This document shows positions 19,872-28,984 of a stretch of 64,000 nucleotides of DNA, one piece after another. The stretch lies in the NCBI GenBank assembly GCA_041661275.1, contig JBAZUU010000002.1:33206-97205 (forward strand), read 5' to 3'. A program made the translations under genes and the position numbers. Origin of the DNA: Parcubacteria group bacterium. Lineage in GTDB: Bacteria > Patescibacteriota > Minisyncoccia > Moranbacterales > UBA2206. The first letter of the stretch is position 1. Every line of letters starts with the position of its first letter. Below the pieces are notes generated by a model, which saw only the letters and a program-made list of their open reading frames with translations, made no database searches and was not told the origin of the DNA.

Positions 19872-22067
19872 ATGATGGCAAAACAAAAACACAAATTGGG
19901 GGCGGCAATGGGGGGCGACCGGAAAAAGAAAAAGAAAATTACTAACAAGATCACAAAAATTGTGAAGCGCGACGGAACGGTGGCGGACTTCAGTCAGAAA
20001 AAGATTGTGGAAGCGGTTTACAAAGCTTTTTGCGAAACGGACGAAGCGGGTTTGAAGGAAGCGCGGATGGTGAGTGAAAAAGTCGTGTCTATGATGAACA
20101 GAAAAGCTATCCCTGATATTATTCCTAGCATCGAACAGATCCAGGACTTGGTGGAAAAAGTGCTGATGATCATGGATTTTGACGAAACGGCCAAGGCCTA
20201 TATTCTCTATCGTGATAAGCGGGCCAAGATCCGCGATACCGAAGCTTCACTCACTGAAGCAGTCGACTTAATTGAAAAATATATCCAAGAAATTGACTGG
20301 CAGGTGAAAGAAAATGCCAATATGGCTTACTCCTTACAAGGTCTTAACAACTACATTTCTTCTATTGTCAGCTCCAAATATTGGATGGATAGGGTTTATC
20401 CTAAATCTATTAAACGGGCTCACGAAGAAGGGGATTTCCATATTCATGACCTGGACAAGATCGCCGCCTATTGCTGCGGGTGGGACTTGCAGGATCTTCT
20501 GACGCGCGGTTTTACCGGAGTTTCCGGAAAACTTTCCTGCAAACCGCCAAAACACTTGCGAAGCGCTCTTGGACAGGTGGTGAACTTTTTCTACACTACT
20601 CAAGGCGAAACAGCTGGCGCGCAGGCCTTTTCCAATTTTGACACGCTTCTTGCTCCATTTGTGAGGTATGACAAGCTAAATTATGAATCAGTGAAGCAGG
20701 CGATGCAGGAATTTATTTTTAACCTTAATGTTCCAACCAGGGTCGGATTCCAGACACCATTTACTAATCTGACCATGGATCTCAATTGTCCTTCGACATA
20801 CAAAGATCAGAACGTTATTATTGGTGGGGTGCCGCAAAAAGAAAAATATTCTGATTTTCAAGAGGAGATGGATGTTATCAACCGCGCTTTTGCCGAAGTG
20901 ATGAGCGCTGGAGACGCTTCTGGCAGGGTGTTCACTTTTCCCATCCCAACTTATAACATTACTAAAGATTTTAAGTGGGACAATCCCAACCTTGATAAAG
21001 TTTGGGAAATGACTGCCAAATTTGGTATTCCATATTTTGCCAACTTCATCAATTCCGATATGAACGCGGATGACGCGCGCTCAATGTGTTGCCGATTGCG
21101 CCTCGATAACCGCGAACTGCATAAGCGGATGGGCGGGCTTTTTGGTGCGGCGCCTCTCACCGGATCGGTGGGGGTGGTGACACTTAATATGCCACGCCTT
21201 GGGTATCTGGCCAAAGACAAAAAAGATTACTTCAAGCGTCTTGACGATCTTATGGATTTGGCGAAAGAGAGTCTCGAGATGAAAAGAAAGATAATTGAAA
21301 ATTATACGGTCGGAGGCCTATATCCATACTCCAAATATTATCTGGACAACATTTTCAAGCGTCGCGGATCGTATTGGGGCAATCATTTTTCCACTATCGG
21401 ACTTCTCGGGCTCAATGAATCGCTGGTTAATTTCATGGGAGAAAGCATCACCTCGAAAAAGGGCCAGAAATTTGCCGAAGAGGTGCTAGAACATATGAGA
21501 GACAGGATGATAAAGTATCAGGGAGAAACGGGAAATCTATATAATCTGGAAGCGACACCGGCCGAAGGAACGAGTTACCGTCTGGCGCTCAAAGACAAAA
21601 AACGATTTCCTAAGATGATATTTGCCAATAATGGCGCGGTAGAAAAAGGCGCAGAGCCATACTATACTAATTCTTCACAGCTTCCAGTGAGTTATACCGA
21701 TGATATTTTTGAAGCGCTAGATCTTCAGGATAAGTTGCAAACTAAATACACTGGCGGAACGGTACTTCATGGATTTTTAGGAGAGCGGATCTATGATATA
21801 GAAACGACCAAAAAACTAGTGAAAAAGATCGCTTCCAACTATTCTTTGCCATATTTCACTCTTTCACCGACATTTTCCATCTGTCCTAATCACGGTTACA
21901 TCGAGGGTGAACATGCCACCTGTCCTAAATGCGTGGTAGAACAAAAATGTGAAGTTTATTCCAGGATAGTCGGTTATATCCGACCGATCGAACAATGGAA
22001 CGCCGGCAAAGCGCAAGAATTCATCGATAGGAAAGAATATAGGGTGAAGGCAAAGGTGGCAAAATAA
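19872..22067 (+). CDS. nrdD: Class III anaerobic ribonucleoside-triphosphate reductase
   Basis: ATP cone (IVKRDG), RSMCCRL, EATPAEG, YSRIVGY glycyl-radical motif. Confidence 0.96.
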   Translation: MMAKQKHKLGAAMGGDRKKKKKITNKITKIVKRDGTVADFSQKKIVEAVYKAFCETDEAGLKEARMVSEKVVSMMNRKAIPDIIPSIEQIQDLVEKVLMIMDFDETAKAYILYRDKRAKIRDTEASLTEAVDLIEKYIQEIDWQVKENANMAYSLQGLNNYISSIVSSKYWMDRVYPKSIKRAHEEGDFHIHDLDKIAAYCCGWDLQDLLTRGFTGVSGKLSCKPPKHLRSALGQVVNFFYTTQGETAGAQAFSNFDTLLAPFVRYDKLNYESVKQAMQEFIFNLNVPTRVGFQTPFTNLTMDLNCPSTYKDQNVIIGGVPQKEKYSDFQEEMDVINRAFAEVMSAGDASGRVFTFPIPTYNITKDFKWDNPNLDKVWEMTAKFGIPYFANFINSDMNADDARSMCCRLRLDNRELHKRMGGLFGAAPLTGSVGVVTLNMPRLGYLAKDKKDYFKRLDDLMDLAKESLEMKRKIIENYTVGGLYPYSKYYLDNIFKRRGSYWGNHFSTIGLLGLNESLVNFMGESITSKKGQKFAEEVLEHMRDRMIKYQGETGNLYNLEATPAEGTSYRLALKDKKRFPKMIFANNGAVEKGAEPYYTNSSQLPVSYTDDIFEALDLQDKLQTKYTGGTVLHGFLGERIYDIETTKKLVKKIASNYSLPYFTLSPTFSICPNHGYIEGEHATCPKCVVEQKCEVYSRIVGYIRPIEQWNAGKAQEFIDRKEYRVKAKVAK

Positions 22068-22123
22068 TATACAATCGAGATTTGATAGGGGTGACTTCTT
22101 TTTTAGAGGTCGCTCCTTTAGTT

Positions 22124-22236
22124 AATGTAAAAATCAAAAATCAAATCTCAAAATGACAAATCAAAATTAAAAAATGATTAAAATTTTGCATTTTACATTG
22201 TCATTTTTATTTTTGAGATTTTCATTTTAATTTTTT
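22124..22236. repeat. Heptamer-periodic intergenic inverted repeat (AAATGAN/AAATCAN family)
   Basis: AATGTAA AAATCAA AAATCAA ATCTCAA AATGACA...TTGTCATTTTTATTTTTGAGATTTTCATTTT. Confidence 0.8.
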
Positions 22237-22239
22237 ATT

Positions 22240-22941
22240 ATGAACATTGCTGGTTTCCAAAAACTAACCCTTATAGATTATCCGGGAAAACTGGCCACTA
22301 CTGTTTTCACGGTTGGTTGTTCTTTTCGTTGTCCATTTTGCCATAATCCGGAACTGGTTGATCGTGGATCATGGAATGTAGAACAAGACAGCAAAGAAAA
22401 AGAATTTTTTAAATTCCTGAAAATGAGACGGGGAACACTGGATGGAGTTTGCATCACGGGAGGGGAACCGACTATCCAGCCGGATATTATTGATTTTATA
22501 AAAAAGATAAAAAAAATGGGATTTGCCGTAAAGCTAGATACTAATGGTACTCGTCCAGACGTTCTGCGAAAGATAATCCGGGAAAAATTGGTGGATTTTA
22601 TCGCGATGGATATCAAAAATCATCCGGGGAAATATGACAAAACGACGGCCACCAAGGGAGATATTGACCGCATTAAATTAAGTGTGGAGTTGATTCGAAA
22701 CAGCGGCATTGATTATGAATTCCGAACAACAGTAGTTCCCGGTCTTCATGTTAAAGAAGACTTCAAAAAGATTGCTAAATGGCTCAAGGGTGCGAAATCA
22801 TATTGGCTGCAACGCTACCGCCAGTCCAAAATCCTTGACCCGACTTTGCCTAGCCGAGTCATAAAAGATAAGACTTTGGATTTGGAAAAAATATTAGAAA
22901 ATTTAACCCCGCATTTTGAGAATGTGGGGATAAGAGAATAG
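22240..22941 (+). CDS. nrdG: Anaerobic RNR activating radical SAM enzyme
   Basis: GCSFRCPFCHNP, ITGGEPT, KLDTNG, YEFRTT. Confidence 0.95.
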   Translation: MNIAGFQKLTLIDYPGKLATTVFTVGCSFRCPFCHNPELVDRGSWNVEQDSKEKEFFKFLKMRRGTLDGVCITGGEPTIQPDIIDFIKKIKKMGFAVKLDTNGTRPDVLRKIIREKLVDFIAMDIKNHPGKYDKTTATKGDIDRIKLSVELIRNSGIDYEFRTTVVPGLHVKEDFKKIAKWLKGAKSYWLQRYRQSKILDPTLPSRVIKDKTLDLEKILENLTPHFENVGIRE

Positions 22942-23040
22942 TCTTCATATAAGCCTTTAAAACCGGATTATTGCCGGTTTTTGTTTACCAAAATATGGAT
23001 AACTGCTATAATAATACGGCTAATAATTAAAATTAAATTA

Positions 23041-23397
23041 TTGGGCAATATTAGAAAACACTTGGTTAGTATCATAGTTTTTGGCATCAATCTGATCCTT
23101 ATGGGAGTCGGATTTTTGTTTATCAAGAATAGCGATGAGGCGAAAAAGAAAAATTTAGCGGATGAAAATATAACTGAAGGAACACTTACTGAAAGTGAAG
23201 TGACTGCGAGAAATAACGTTGAAATCCCGGTTTCTAAAGAATCGGCAAGCGTTACTCGGAAAAATGTTGCACCAGACACTAAAAATATCTCGTCTTCTAC
23301 CGCGCCAGCTATAAGCACTGCAACTTCTGGTAGCGCTAACGCAAACACAAATAATACTTCCACTAAAAAAAGCTCGGCGACAACAAAGACCTCGTAA
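23041..23397 (+). CDS. Membrane-anchored protein with Ser/Thr-rich tail, candidate ApbE substrate
   Basis: Probable TTG start downstream of a TATAAT, one TM helix, ends KKSSATTKTS*; first gene of the apbE cluster. Confidence 0.65.
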   Translation: MGNIRKHLVSIIVFGINLILMGVGFLFIKNSDEAKKKNLADENITEGTLTESEVTARNNVEIPVSKESASVTRKNVAPDTKNISSSTAPAISTATSGSANANTNNTSTKKSSATTKTS

Positions 23398-23402
23398 TTT
23401 TT

Positions 23403-24317
23403 ATGAAAATAAACTTCAAAGCTCTTGGCACGGATATTTCTATCCAGATCATTTCTGATAATATTTCCAATGGTTTAGAAGAAGAGATAAAGAATTTCTA
23501 TTGCGAAAAAGAAAAAACATTCAGCCGGTTTGATAAAAATAGCAAATTAAGCACTCTTAATAATAATCTTGGCAAGTACAATACTGCTTCATCTGATATA
23601 ATAGAAGTGGCCGGGAAATGTTTGGAATATAATAAAGATACGGATGGTTATTTTGATCCAAGAATTATTGAAGTTTTAGAGAGTATCGGATATGACAAAG
23701 ATTTTCGTAAAATCAATTCCGAGGAAATAAAAAAAGAATCCTTAGACATCAAATGTCTAAGTGATGATTTGGGTAGCGATTTGAAAATTGACGGCGATAA
23801 AATTTATTTCAGATGCCGGATGGATTTTTCCGGCATTGCCAAGGGATATATAACAGATAAGTTAGCTAATTATTTACAAGAAAGGGGATATACCAATTTT
23901 TTGATAGATTCCGGCGGGGATATCCGTATTTCAGGAAAAGATGAAAACGGGGAAAATTGGAAAATTTCCCTGGAAGGTGTGGCGGAGGAAAAAATACTTC
24001 TGGAATTAAACAATAATTTTCCGGCCATTGCCACTTCCGGCATAACACGAAGAAAGTGGGAAAATGAATCTGGGAAATTCCATCATCTAATTAATCCTAA
24101 AAGTCCCGGAGAGTTTAATTTCAATCTCAAATCAGCAACGGTTGTAGCCAGGACTTGCGAAGAAGCTGATATCTGGGAAAAAGTTTTGTATCTTATGGGG
24201 AAAGAAAACGGAATACAATTTTCGGAAGAAAAAAATATAAAAAGTTTATTTTTGGATTATAAAGGGAATATTCAAGTTTCTGGAGTTATGAAAAATAATA
24301 TAAATATCAATGGGTGA
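23403..24317 (+). CDS. apbE: FAD:protein FMN transferase
   Basis: FKALGT, FSRFDKNS.LS.LN, DFSGIAKGY, DSGGDI, ATSG, HHLINP. Confidence 0.93.
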   Translation: MKINFKALGTDISIQIISDNISNGLEEEIKNFYCEKEKTFSRFDKNSKLSTLNNNLGKYNTASSDIIEVAGKCLEYNKDTDGYFDPRIIEVLESIGYDKDFRKINSEEIKKESLDIKCLSDDLGSDLKIDGDKIYFRCRMDFSGIAKGYITDKLANYLQERGYTNFLIDSGGDIRISGKDENGENWKISLEGVAEEKILLELNNNFPAIATSGITRRKWENESGKFHHLINPKSPGEFNFNLKSATVVARTCEEADIWEKVLYLMGKENGIQFSEEKNIKSLFLDYKGNIQVSGVMKNNINING

Positions 24318-24906
24318 AAATTTCTTTTGGTATCTGACCAGATCAAGCGCCCTAGTAGGTTATTTTTTGCTTTGGATTTCTATCTTTTTGGGTCTTTCCA
24401 TCAGAACGCCGCTTTTAAACAGGATTATAAAACCAATTTATTCCTATAAAGTTCACTGTTGGATTTCGCTTCAAGCGCTTATTTTTGTGCTTATTCATGG
24501 GTTGAGTCTTTTAGGGGATAAGTATGTTGGTTTTACCCTAGGAAACATATTCATTCCTTTTTTCCCGCAAACAGCGCTAGGTGTTGATATGTCGTTTTTG
24601 GCTCTTGGAATAATCAGTTTTTATATAATGCTCATTTTGGTAGTGACGTCATATTTTAGAAATAACTTGTCTCACTCGCTTTGGCGAGGTGTGCATTTTC
24701 TAAATATTGGGCTTTTTGTCATCGTTTTTATTCATGCGCTTTACCTCGGAACGGATATGAAAAGCGGTCTGATCCGGTTTGCGTTTATTTATGCCAATGT
24801 TTTTTTGGCTATTCTTTTTATAATTAATTTAATAGCGAGAACGATAAAAACTTTTCAAAAAAATGAGAATTTACATCAAAGTGACTCCGAGGTCATCGAA
24901 GAATGA
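24310..24906 (+). CDS. Ferric-reductase-like (MsrQ-like) heme membrane protein
   Basis: WYLTRSSA, several TM helices with His ligands (KVH, LIH, WRGVH, FIHALYLGTD). Confidence 0.8.
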   Translation: MGENFFWYLTRSSALVGYFLLWISIFLGLSIRTPLLNRIIKPIYSYKVHCWISLQALIFVLIHGLSLLGDKYVGFTLGNIFIPFFPQTALGVDMSFLALGIISFYIMLILVVTSYFRNNLSHSLWRGVHFLNIGLFVIVFIHALYLGTDMKSGLIRFAFIYANVFLAILFIINLIARTIKTFQKNENLHQSDSEVIEE

Positions 24907-25084
24907 AGTGACCAAAATGTCAGAAGGGGAATATAAAGTGCGAATCACAGCGCCGCCGGTTGATGGCAAAGCCAATGAAATGCTGATTGGGGTTTTATCT
25001 GACCACTTTAAGGTGGCCAAGTCCAACATTTCAATTGTTGGTGGCAAAAGCGCAAGGACGAAAATAGTAGACATTTTATTTTAA
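24863..25084 (+). CDS. DUF167/YggU family protein
   Basis: IKVTPRSSKN, APPVDGKAN, GGKSARTK. Confidence 0.9.
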   Translation: MRIYIKVTPRSSKNEVTKMSEGEYKVRITAPPVDGKANEMLIGVLSDHFKVAKSNISIVGGKSARTKIVDILF

Positions 25085-25088
25085 GGAG

Positions 25089-26684
25089 GTGACCAAATCA
25101 AAAGTATTTTTTATTTTATCATTGGGTTTTATCGGGGGTGTTTTTAGTGCCTCTTTTTATTATCCCAGTCTGATTGATAATTATTATTTATTAATTTTAG
25201 TTTTGCTAGCTGTTATAATTCTAGCTATTTTTTACAAAAAACCGGCGATGATGGCCGGATTTTTTATATTATTTTTTATTTTTGGTATACACTTGACGGA
25301 AAAAAGACTGGAAGTGGTGAAAAATATAAAAGAAGATGATTTTTCGGGGGAGGTTGTGGTAATAGGCGAGCCAACAATATCAGGCAGGCAACAAAGAATG
25401 GTTGCTTTTCCCAAGATCCAACCTTTGGAGCAGCTCCCAAGGTTGAACCTTGGAACTGATTCAAGATTTTTAATAACCGCTGGAATTTTTCCTGAATATA
25501 AATATGGAGATGTTTTGAGAGTTGATTGTAAATTGGAAATTCCAAAGAATTTTGGACGAGGTCCTTCGACTGCGTCCGACTTGCGGTCGGACTCCGCTCA
25601 GGACGAATCCTCCGGATTCGATTACAAAATGTATCTAGCCAAAGACGGGATTTATTATCTTTGCAATAATCCTAAAATAGAAGATCTTAATAGAAACGAA
25701 GGAAATAAATTTTACGCGGCGATATTGAATATTAAAAATAAATTTAATGACAATATAATGAAGCTGATGCCGTCGCCGCAGTCGGGGTTGCTTTCGGGAT
25801 TATTAATCGGAGGATCGGGGCTACTTTCTAAAGACTATCAAAATTATTTTTCTCTCACCGGCACAACGCACATCGTAGCAGTGTCCGGATACAATGTAAC
25901 AATTGTCGCGGAATATCTGATGCTTCTGGGACTTTTTATCGGTCTCTGGCGGCAGCAAGCCTTTTGGTTTGCGGCTATTGGAATAATTTTTTTTGTAATT
26001 TTAACCGGCATGCCGTCTTCGGCCGTTCGGGCGGGAGTGATGGGGATTCTTCTCATTTGGGCGATGAAGAACGGGCGATTGGCTAACGCGCAAAATGCTA
26101 TCATATTTGCGGCGGGAGTTATGCTATTGGCAAATCCATTGTCATTGCGTTGGGATGTCGGATTTCAACTGTCATTTTTGGCGACACTGGGGATCGTTTA
26201 TGTTTATCCGATATTTAATGAATATCTTATGAAATTAGACGCGATGAATCGCGTCTCTACGATTGCGGAAATATTATTTCTTACACTATCGGCGCAGGTT
26301 TTTGTTTTGCCGATATTGATGATTAATTTTGGAAAATTGTCTCTCATTTCACCTCTGGCTAACGTCCTGATTTTGCCCATTATTCCGCTCACGATGCTCA
26401 CCGGATTTATAGCTATCCTTTTTAGTTTTATCATTCCGCCCATCGGTCAAGTCTTCGCCTGGTTGGCCTTTTTGCCGTTGAAATATGAAACGATGGTAAT
26501 AAAATTTTTGGCCAGTCTAAAATATTCCTCGGTGGAAATTTCCAATTTTTCGTGGATTGGAGTGGTTTTGTGGTATATAATTTTAGGAGGAGGGGTAGTT
26601 TTGATTAAAAAGAAAATAACAAATCCTCCTCTCCCCTTGGGAGAGGATGCCGAGTCTTCGAGGCAGGAGAGGGCTCCTAATTAA
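25089..26684 (+). CDS. comEC: ComEC/Rec2 competence channel (DUF4131 + competence domains), with in-frame palindrome inserts
   Basis: FDYKMYL, GTTHIVAVSGYN, SAVRAGVM, DVGFQLSF. Confidence 0.93.
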   Translation: MTKSKVFFILSLGFIGGVFSASFYYPSLIDNYYLLILVLLAVIILAIFYKKPAMMAGFFILFFIFGIHLTEKRLEVVKNIKEDDFSGEVVVIGEPTISGRQQRMVAFPKIQPLEQLPRLNLGTDSRFLITAGIFPEYKYGDVLRVDCKLEIPKNFGRGPSTASDLRSDSAQDESSGFDYKMYLAKDGIYYLCNNPKIEDLNRNEGNKFYAAILNIKNKFNDNIMKLMPSPQSGLLSGLLIGGSGLLSKDYQNYFSLTGTTHIVAVSGYNVTIVAEYLMLLGLFIGLWRQQAFWFAAIGIIFFVILTGMPSSAVRAGVMGILLIWAMKNGRLANAQNAIIFAAGVMLLANPLSLRWDVGFQLSFLATLGIVYVYPIFNEYLMKLDAMNRVSTIAEILFLTLSAQVFVLPILMINFGKLSLISPLANVLILPIIPLTMLTGFIAILFSFIIPPIGQVFAWLAFLPLKYETMVIKFLASLKYSSVEISNFSWIGVVLWYIILGGGVVLIKKKITNPPLPLGEDAESSRQERAPN

Positions 26685-26775
26685 ATTCGCAAAACTATAA
26701 GCTTGTTACTGTTTCACCAAGAGCCCTCTTTGTCACGATAAGAATTGTGACATCTCTCCCAGGGGGAGAGAGGAA
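26624..26775. repeat. Inverted doublet of CCTCTCCC..GGGAGAGG REP-like elements; left arm encodes the ComEC C-terminus
   Basis: Arms 26624-26676 and 26721-26775, homologous to 9563-9732 and 5424-5494. Confidence 0.85.
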
Positions 26776-26789
26776 AGAAAAAAGACAAT

Positions 26790-26899
26790 AAAAAAATCCC
26801 CGATTCTTAACCGCGGCGGCGGCGAAAGTCGGGGGCTAATCCCACCATGGATCGTTCCAGATCAGATGGGCGATGATATGAAAAATAATGTCACTTAGA
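26790..26899 (-). ncRNA. Candidate small RNA of about 110 nt
   Basis: TTGATT(26934-26929)-17-TATGAT(26911-26906) promoter, GC-rich hairpin CCCCGACT..AATCGGGG plus U-tract, no SD-led ORF. Confidence 0.4.
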
Positions 26900-26980
26900 T
26901 TGTATATCATATCATGATTTCACTAAAAAATCAAGCGCTCTCATACGATAAGCTAAAATTCTCCTTAACCAAGCCAAAAT

Positions 26981-27811
26981 ATGCCTAATCGAAAAGCCCT
27001 ATATTTAATCCTCCTGACTCTTGCTATCATTGCCGCTATTTTGGCGGGGATTATTTGGTATCAGCAAAAACAAGAAATGAAAGTGGTTTTTTTTGATGTG
27101 GGACAAGGGGATTCCATTCTGATTGAGCAGGGAAGTAATCAGATTTTGATTGATGGTGGACCGGACGGAAAAAAAGTAATGGAAAAATTGGGCGAATATG
27201 TACCGTTTTGGGATAGGAATATAGAAGTGGTGATAGCGACTCATCCGGACGAAGACCATATTGACGGGCTCATTGATGTCATGGAAAATTACAATATTGG
27301 TGAAATAATCGATAATGGAGCTGATGTAGACAGTCAGGTTTATAAAAAATATCAGGACGTAATCTCGCAAAAAAATATCAATCGTATCGAGGGAAAATCG
27401 GGAATGGAAATAAAACTGGCGGATAATACAAAACTTTCTATTTTATCTCCTGATGGAACGCAAGACAAAAATAACCCGAAAGATACAAATCTTTCGAGCA
27501 TCGTTTCTAAACTAACTTTCGGTGAAAATAGTTTTTTATTTACTGGCGATTTTCCGACAGAAGGCGAGCAAGATTTATTTAGTAAAAATATCGATTTACG
27601 CGCGCGAGTGCTGAAAGTAGCTCATCATGGGTCAAAATATGCAACAAGTGACGAATTTCTAGATAAAGTTAACCCACAAGAGGCAGTAATATCCGTTGGG
27701 AAAAACAATAGATATGGACACCCGGCAGAGGATGTGATAAGCAGATTGGAAGCGCATAAAATTAATATAAAAAGAACCGATGTATCCGGAGATATCGAGT
27801 ATCAATTTTAA
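26981..27811 (+). CDS. ComEC metallo-beta-lactamase domain protein (separate gene)
   Basis: FFDVGQGDS, THPDEDHIDG, LKVAHHGS, ISVGKNNRYGHP. Confidence 0.92.
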   Translation: MPNRKALYLILLTLAIIAAILAGIIWYQQKQEMKVVFFDVGQGDSILIEQGSNQILIDGGPDGKKVMEKLGEYVPFWDRNIEVVIATHPDEDHIDGLIDVMENYNIGEIIDNGADVDSQVYKKYQDVISQKNINRIEGKSGMEIKLADNTKLSILSPDGTQDKNNPKDTNLSSIVSKLTFGENSFLFTGDFPTEGEQDLFSKNIDLRARVLKVAHHGSKYATSDEFLDKVNPQEAVISVGKNNRYGHPAEDVISRLEAHKINIKRTDVSGDIEYQF

Positions 27812-27910
27812 ATTTGAAATTTTAAATTTGAAATGAATTTTAAATGACTAAATTTGAAATTAAAGCATTAAAAATTGATTAAAAATTTTAAATTAAAAAT
27901 TAAAAATTAC
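27805..27910. repeat. Heptamer-periodic inverted repeat (AAATTTN family)
   Basis: AATTTTA AATTTGA AATTTTA AATTTGA AATGAATTT...TTAAAAATTTTAAATTAAAAATTAAAAATTAC. Confidence 0.8.
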
Positions 27911-27990
27911 AGAACCAAATATTCTTGCCAAATTGATAATATGGTGATAAGCTGTACTTTGTTGTATAATAAATATAAGAATTCAAATTT

Positions 27991-28194
27991 ATGCCAGTAG
28001 CCAGACAAAGACATACCAAAGCCAGACGCGACAGAGCGAGAGTGTTTTACAAGCTAAAACCGAAAAGTCTTGTGGAATGTTCCAATTGTAGCGCTATGAT
28101 CATTGCCCATACCACTTGCCCAAAATGCGGATTTTATAAGAAAAAAGAAGTGGTGGACACGATGAAGAAAGCGACAAAAAAAGCGAAAAAGTAG
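27991..28194 (+). CDS. rpmF: 50S ribosomal protein L32
   Basis: MPVARQRHTKARRD, CxxC..HTTCPKCGFY. Confidence 0.95.
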   Translation: MPVARQRHTKARRDRARVFYKLKPKSLVECSNCSAMIIAHTTCPKCGFYKKKEVVDTMKKATKKAKK

Positions 28195-28198
28195 TTTT

Positions 28199-28337
28199 TA
28201 GAAATTAGTTGAATAGAAAAAAGAAAATGGTTTAAGAAATAGGAAATAGGAAATAAGAAATTAGATCATATCTTTTTTCCAACTTCTTCTTTCCTGAACT
28301 ACTTTCCATTTTCCAATCAACTATTTTCCAATTTTCT
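28199..28337. repeat. Heptamer-periodic inverted repeat (TAGTTGA/GAAAAT family), copy 2, reverse orientation
   Basis: TAGAAATTAGTTGAATAG...TTTCCTGAACTA..TTTTCCAATCAACTATTTTC. Confidence 0.8.
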
Positions 28338-28835
28338 ATGGCCAACCGACATCTTTCACGCTCAATCGCCATGCAATCACTCTATGAGTGGGATTTTAAC
28401 GGACGCAAAAAGGAAAGTGTTGATGAGATAGTTGAAAAGAATATCAAAGAATTCGGACCAGGAATGGACGACACTAGTTTCGTAGAAAACCTTGTTAAAA
28501 GTACCATCAAAAATCAGGACAAAATTGATCCACTTATTGAAAAATGCGCTCCGGAATGGCCACTAGACCAAGTGACGATCGTTGACCGGAATATTTTGCG
28601 TTTAGGGATAAATGAACTGCTTTTTGGCAACTATGAAGAAGTGCCTCCTAAGGTGGCGATAAACGAAGCAATCGAGCTGGCCAAATCCTTTGGTGGGGAG
28701 AGTTCCGGAAGATTTGTCAATGGAGTTCTGGGAACGATATACAGGGAGTTGGGCGAGCCGATGAAGGATGATGACTCGAAAAAGCGCAAGGAAATAAGAG
28801 AGAAGGAAAAGGAGAATAAAAAAGAAGAAAAATAA
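28338..28835 (+). CDS. nusB: Transcription antitermination factor NusB
   Basis: [39 protein letters not shown]. Confidence 0.96.
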   Translation: MANRHLSRSIAMQSLYEWDFNGRKKESVDEIVEKNIKEFGPGMDDTSFVENLVKSTIKNQDKIDPLIEKCAPEWPLDQVTIVDRNILRLGINELLFGNYEEVPPKVAINEAIELAKSFGGESSGRFVNGVLGTIYRELGEPMKDDDSKKRKEIREKEKENKKEEK

Positions 28836-28844
28836 TTAATTTTA

Positions 28845-28975
28845 AAATCACAAATTCAAAATTACAAATCCCAAATAAATTAAAAAATTACAATATTAAA
28901 ATTCAAAACAGTTTATAATTTTGGATTTTAGCCATTGTAATTTATTTGGAATTTGAGATTTTGTATTTGGTGCTT
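28845..28975. repeat. Heptamer-periodic inverted repeat (AAATCNC family)
   Basis: AAATCAC AAATTCA AAATTAC AAATCCC AAATAAA...TTTATTTGGAATTTGAGATTTTGTATTTGGTGCTT. Confidence 0.85.
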
Positions 28976-28984
28976 ATGGCATTT

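Noticed and set aside
25089-27811. comEC broken in two by insertion
   Set aside because: The beta-lactamase-domain gene has its own start and N-terminal TM; separate genes are a known arrangement
5477-28984. Long N-terminal extensions in the ORF track (5477, 14280, 28946; also 2833 and 10306)
   Set aside because: They translate upstream repeats; downstream starts match family N-termini
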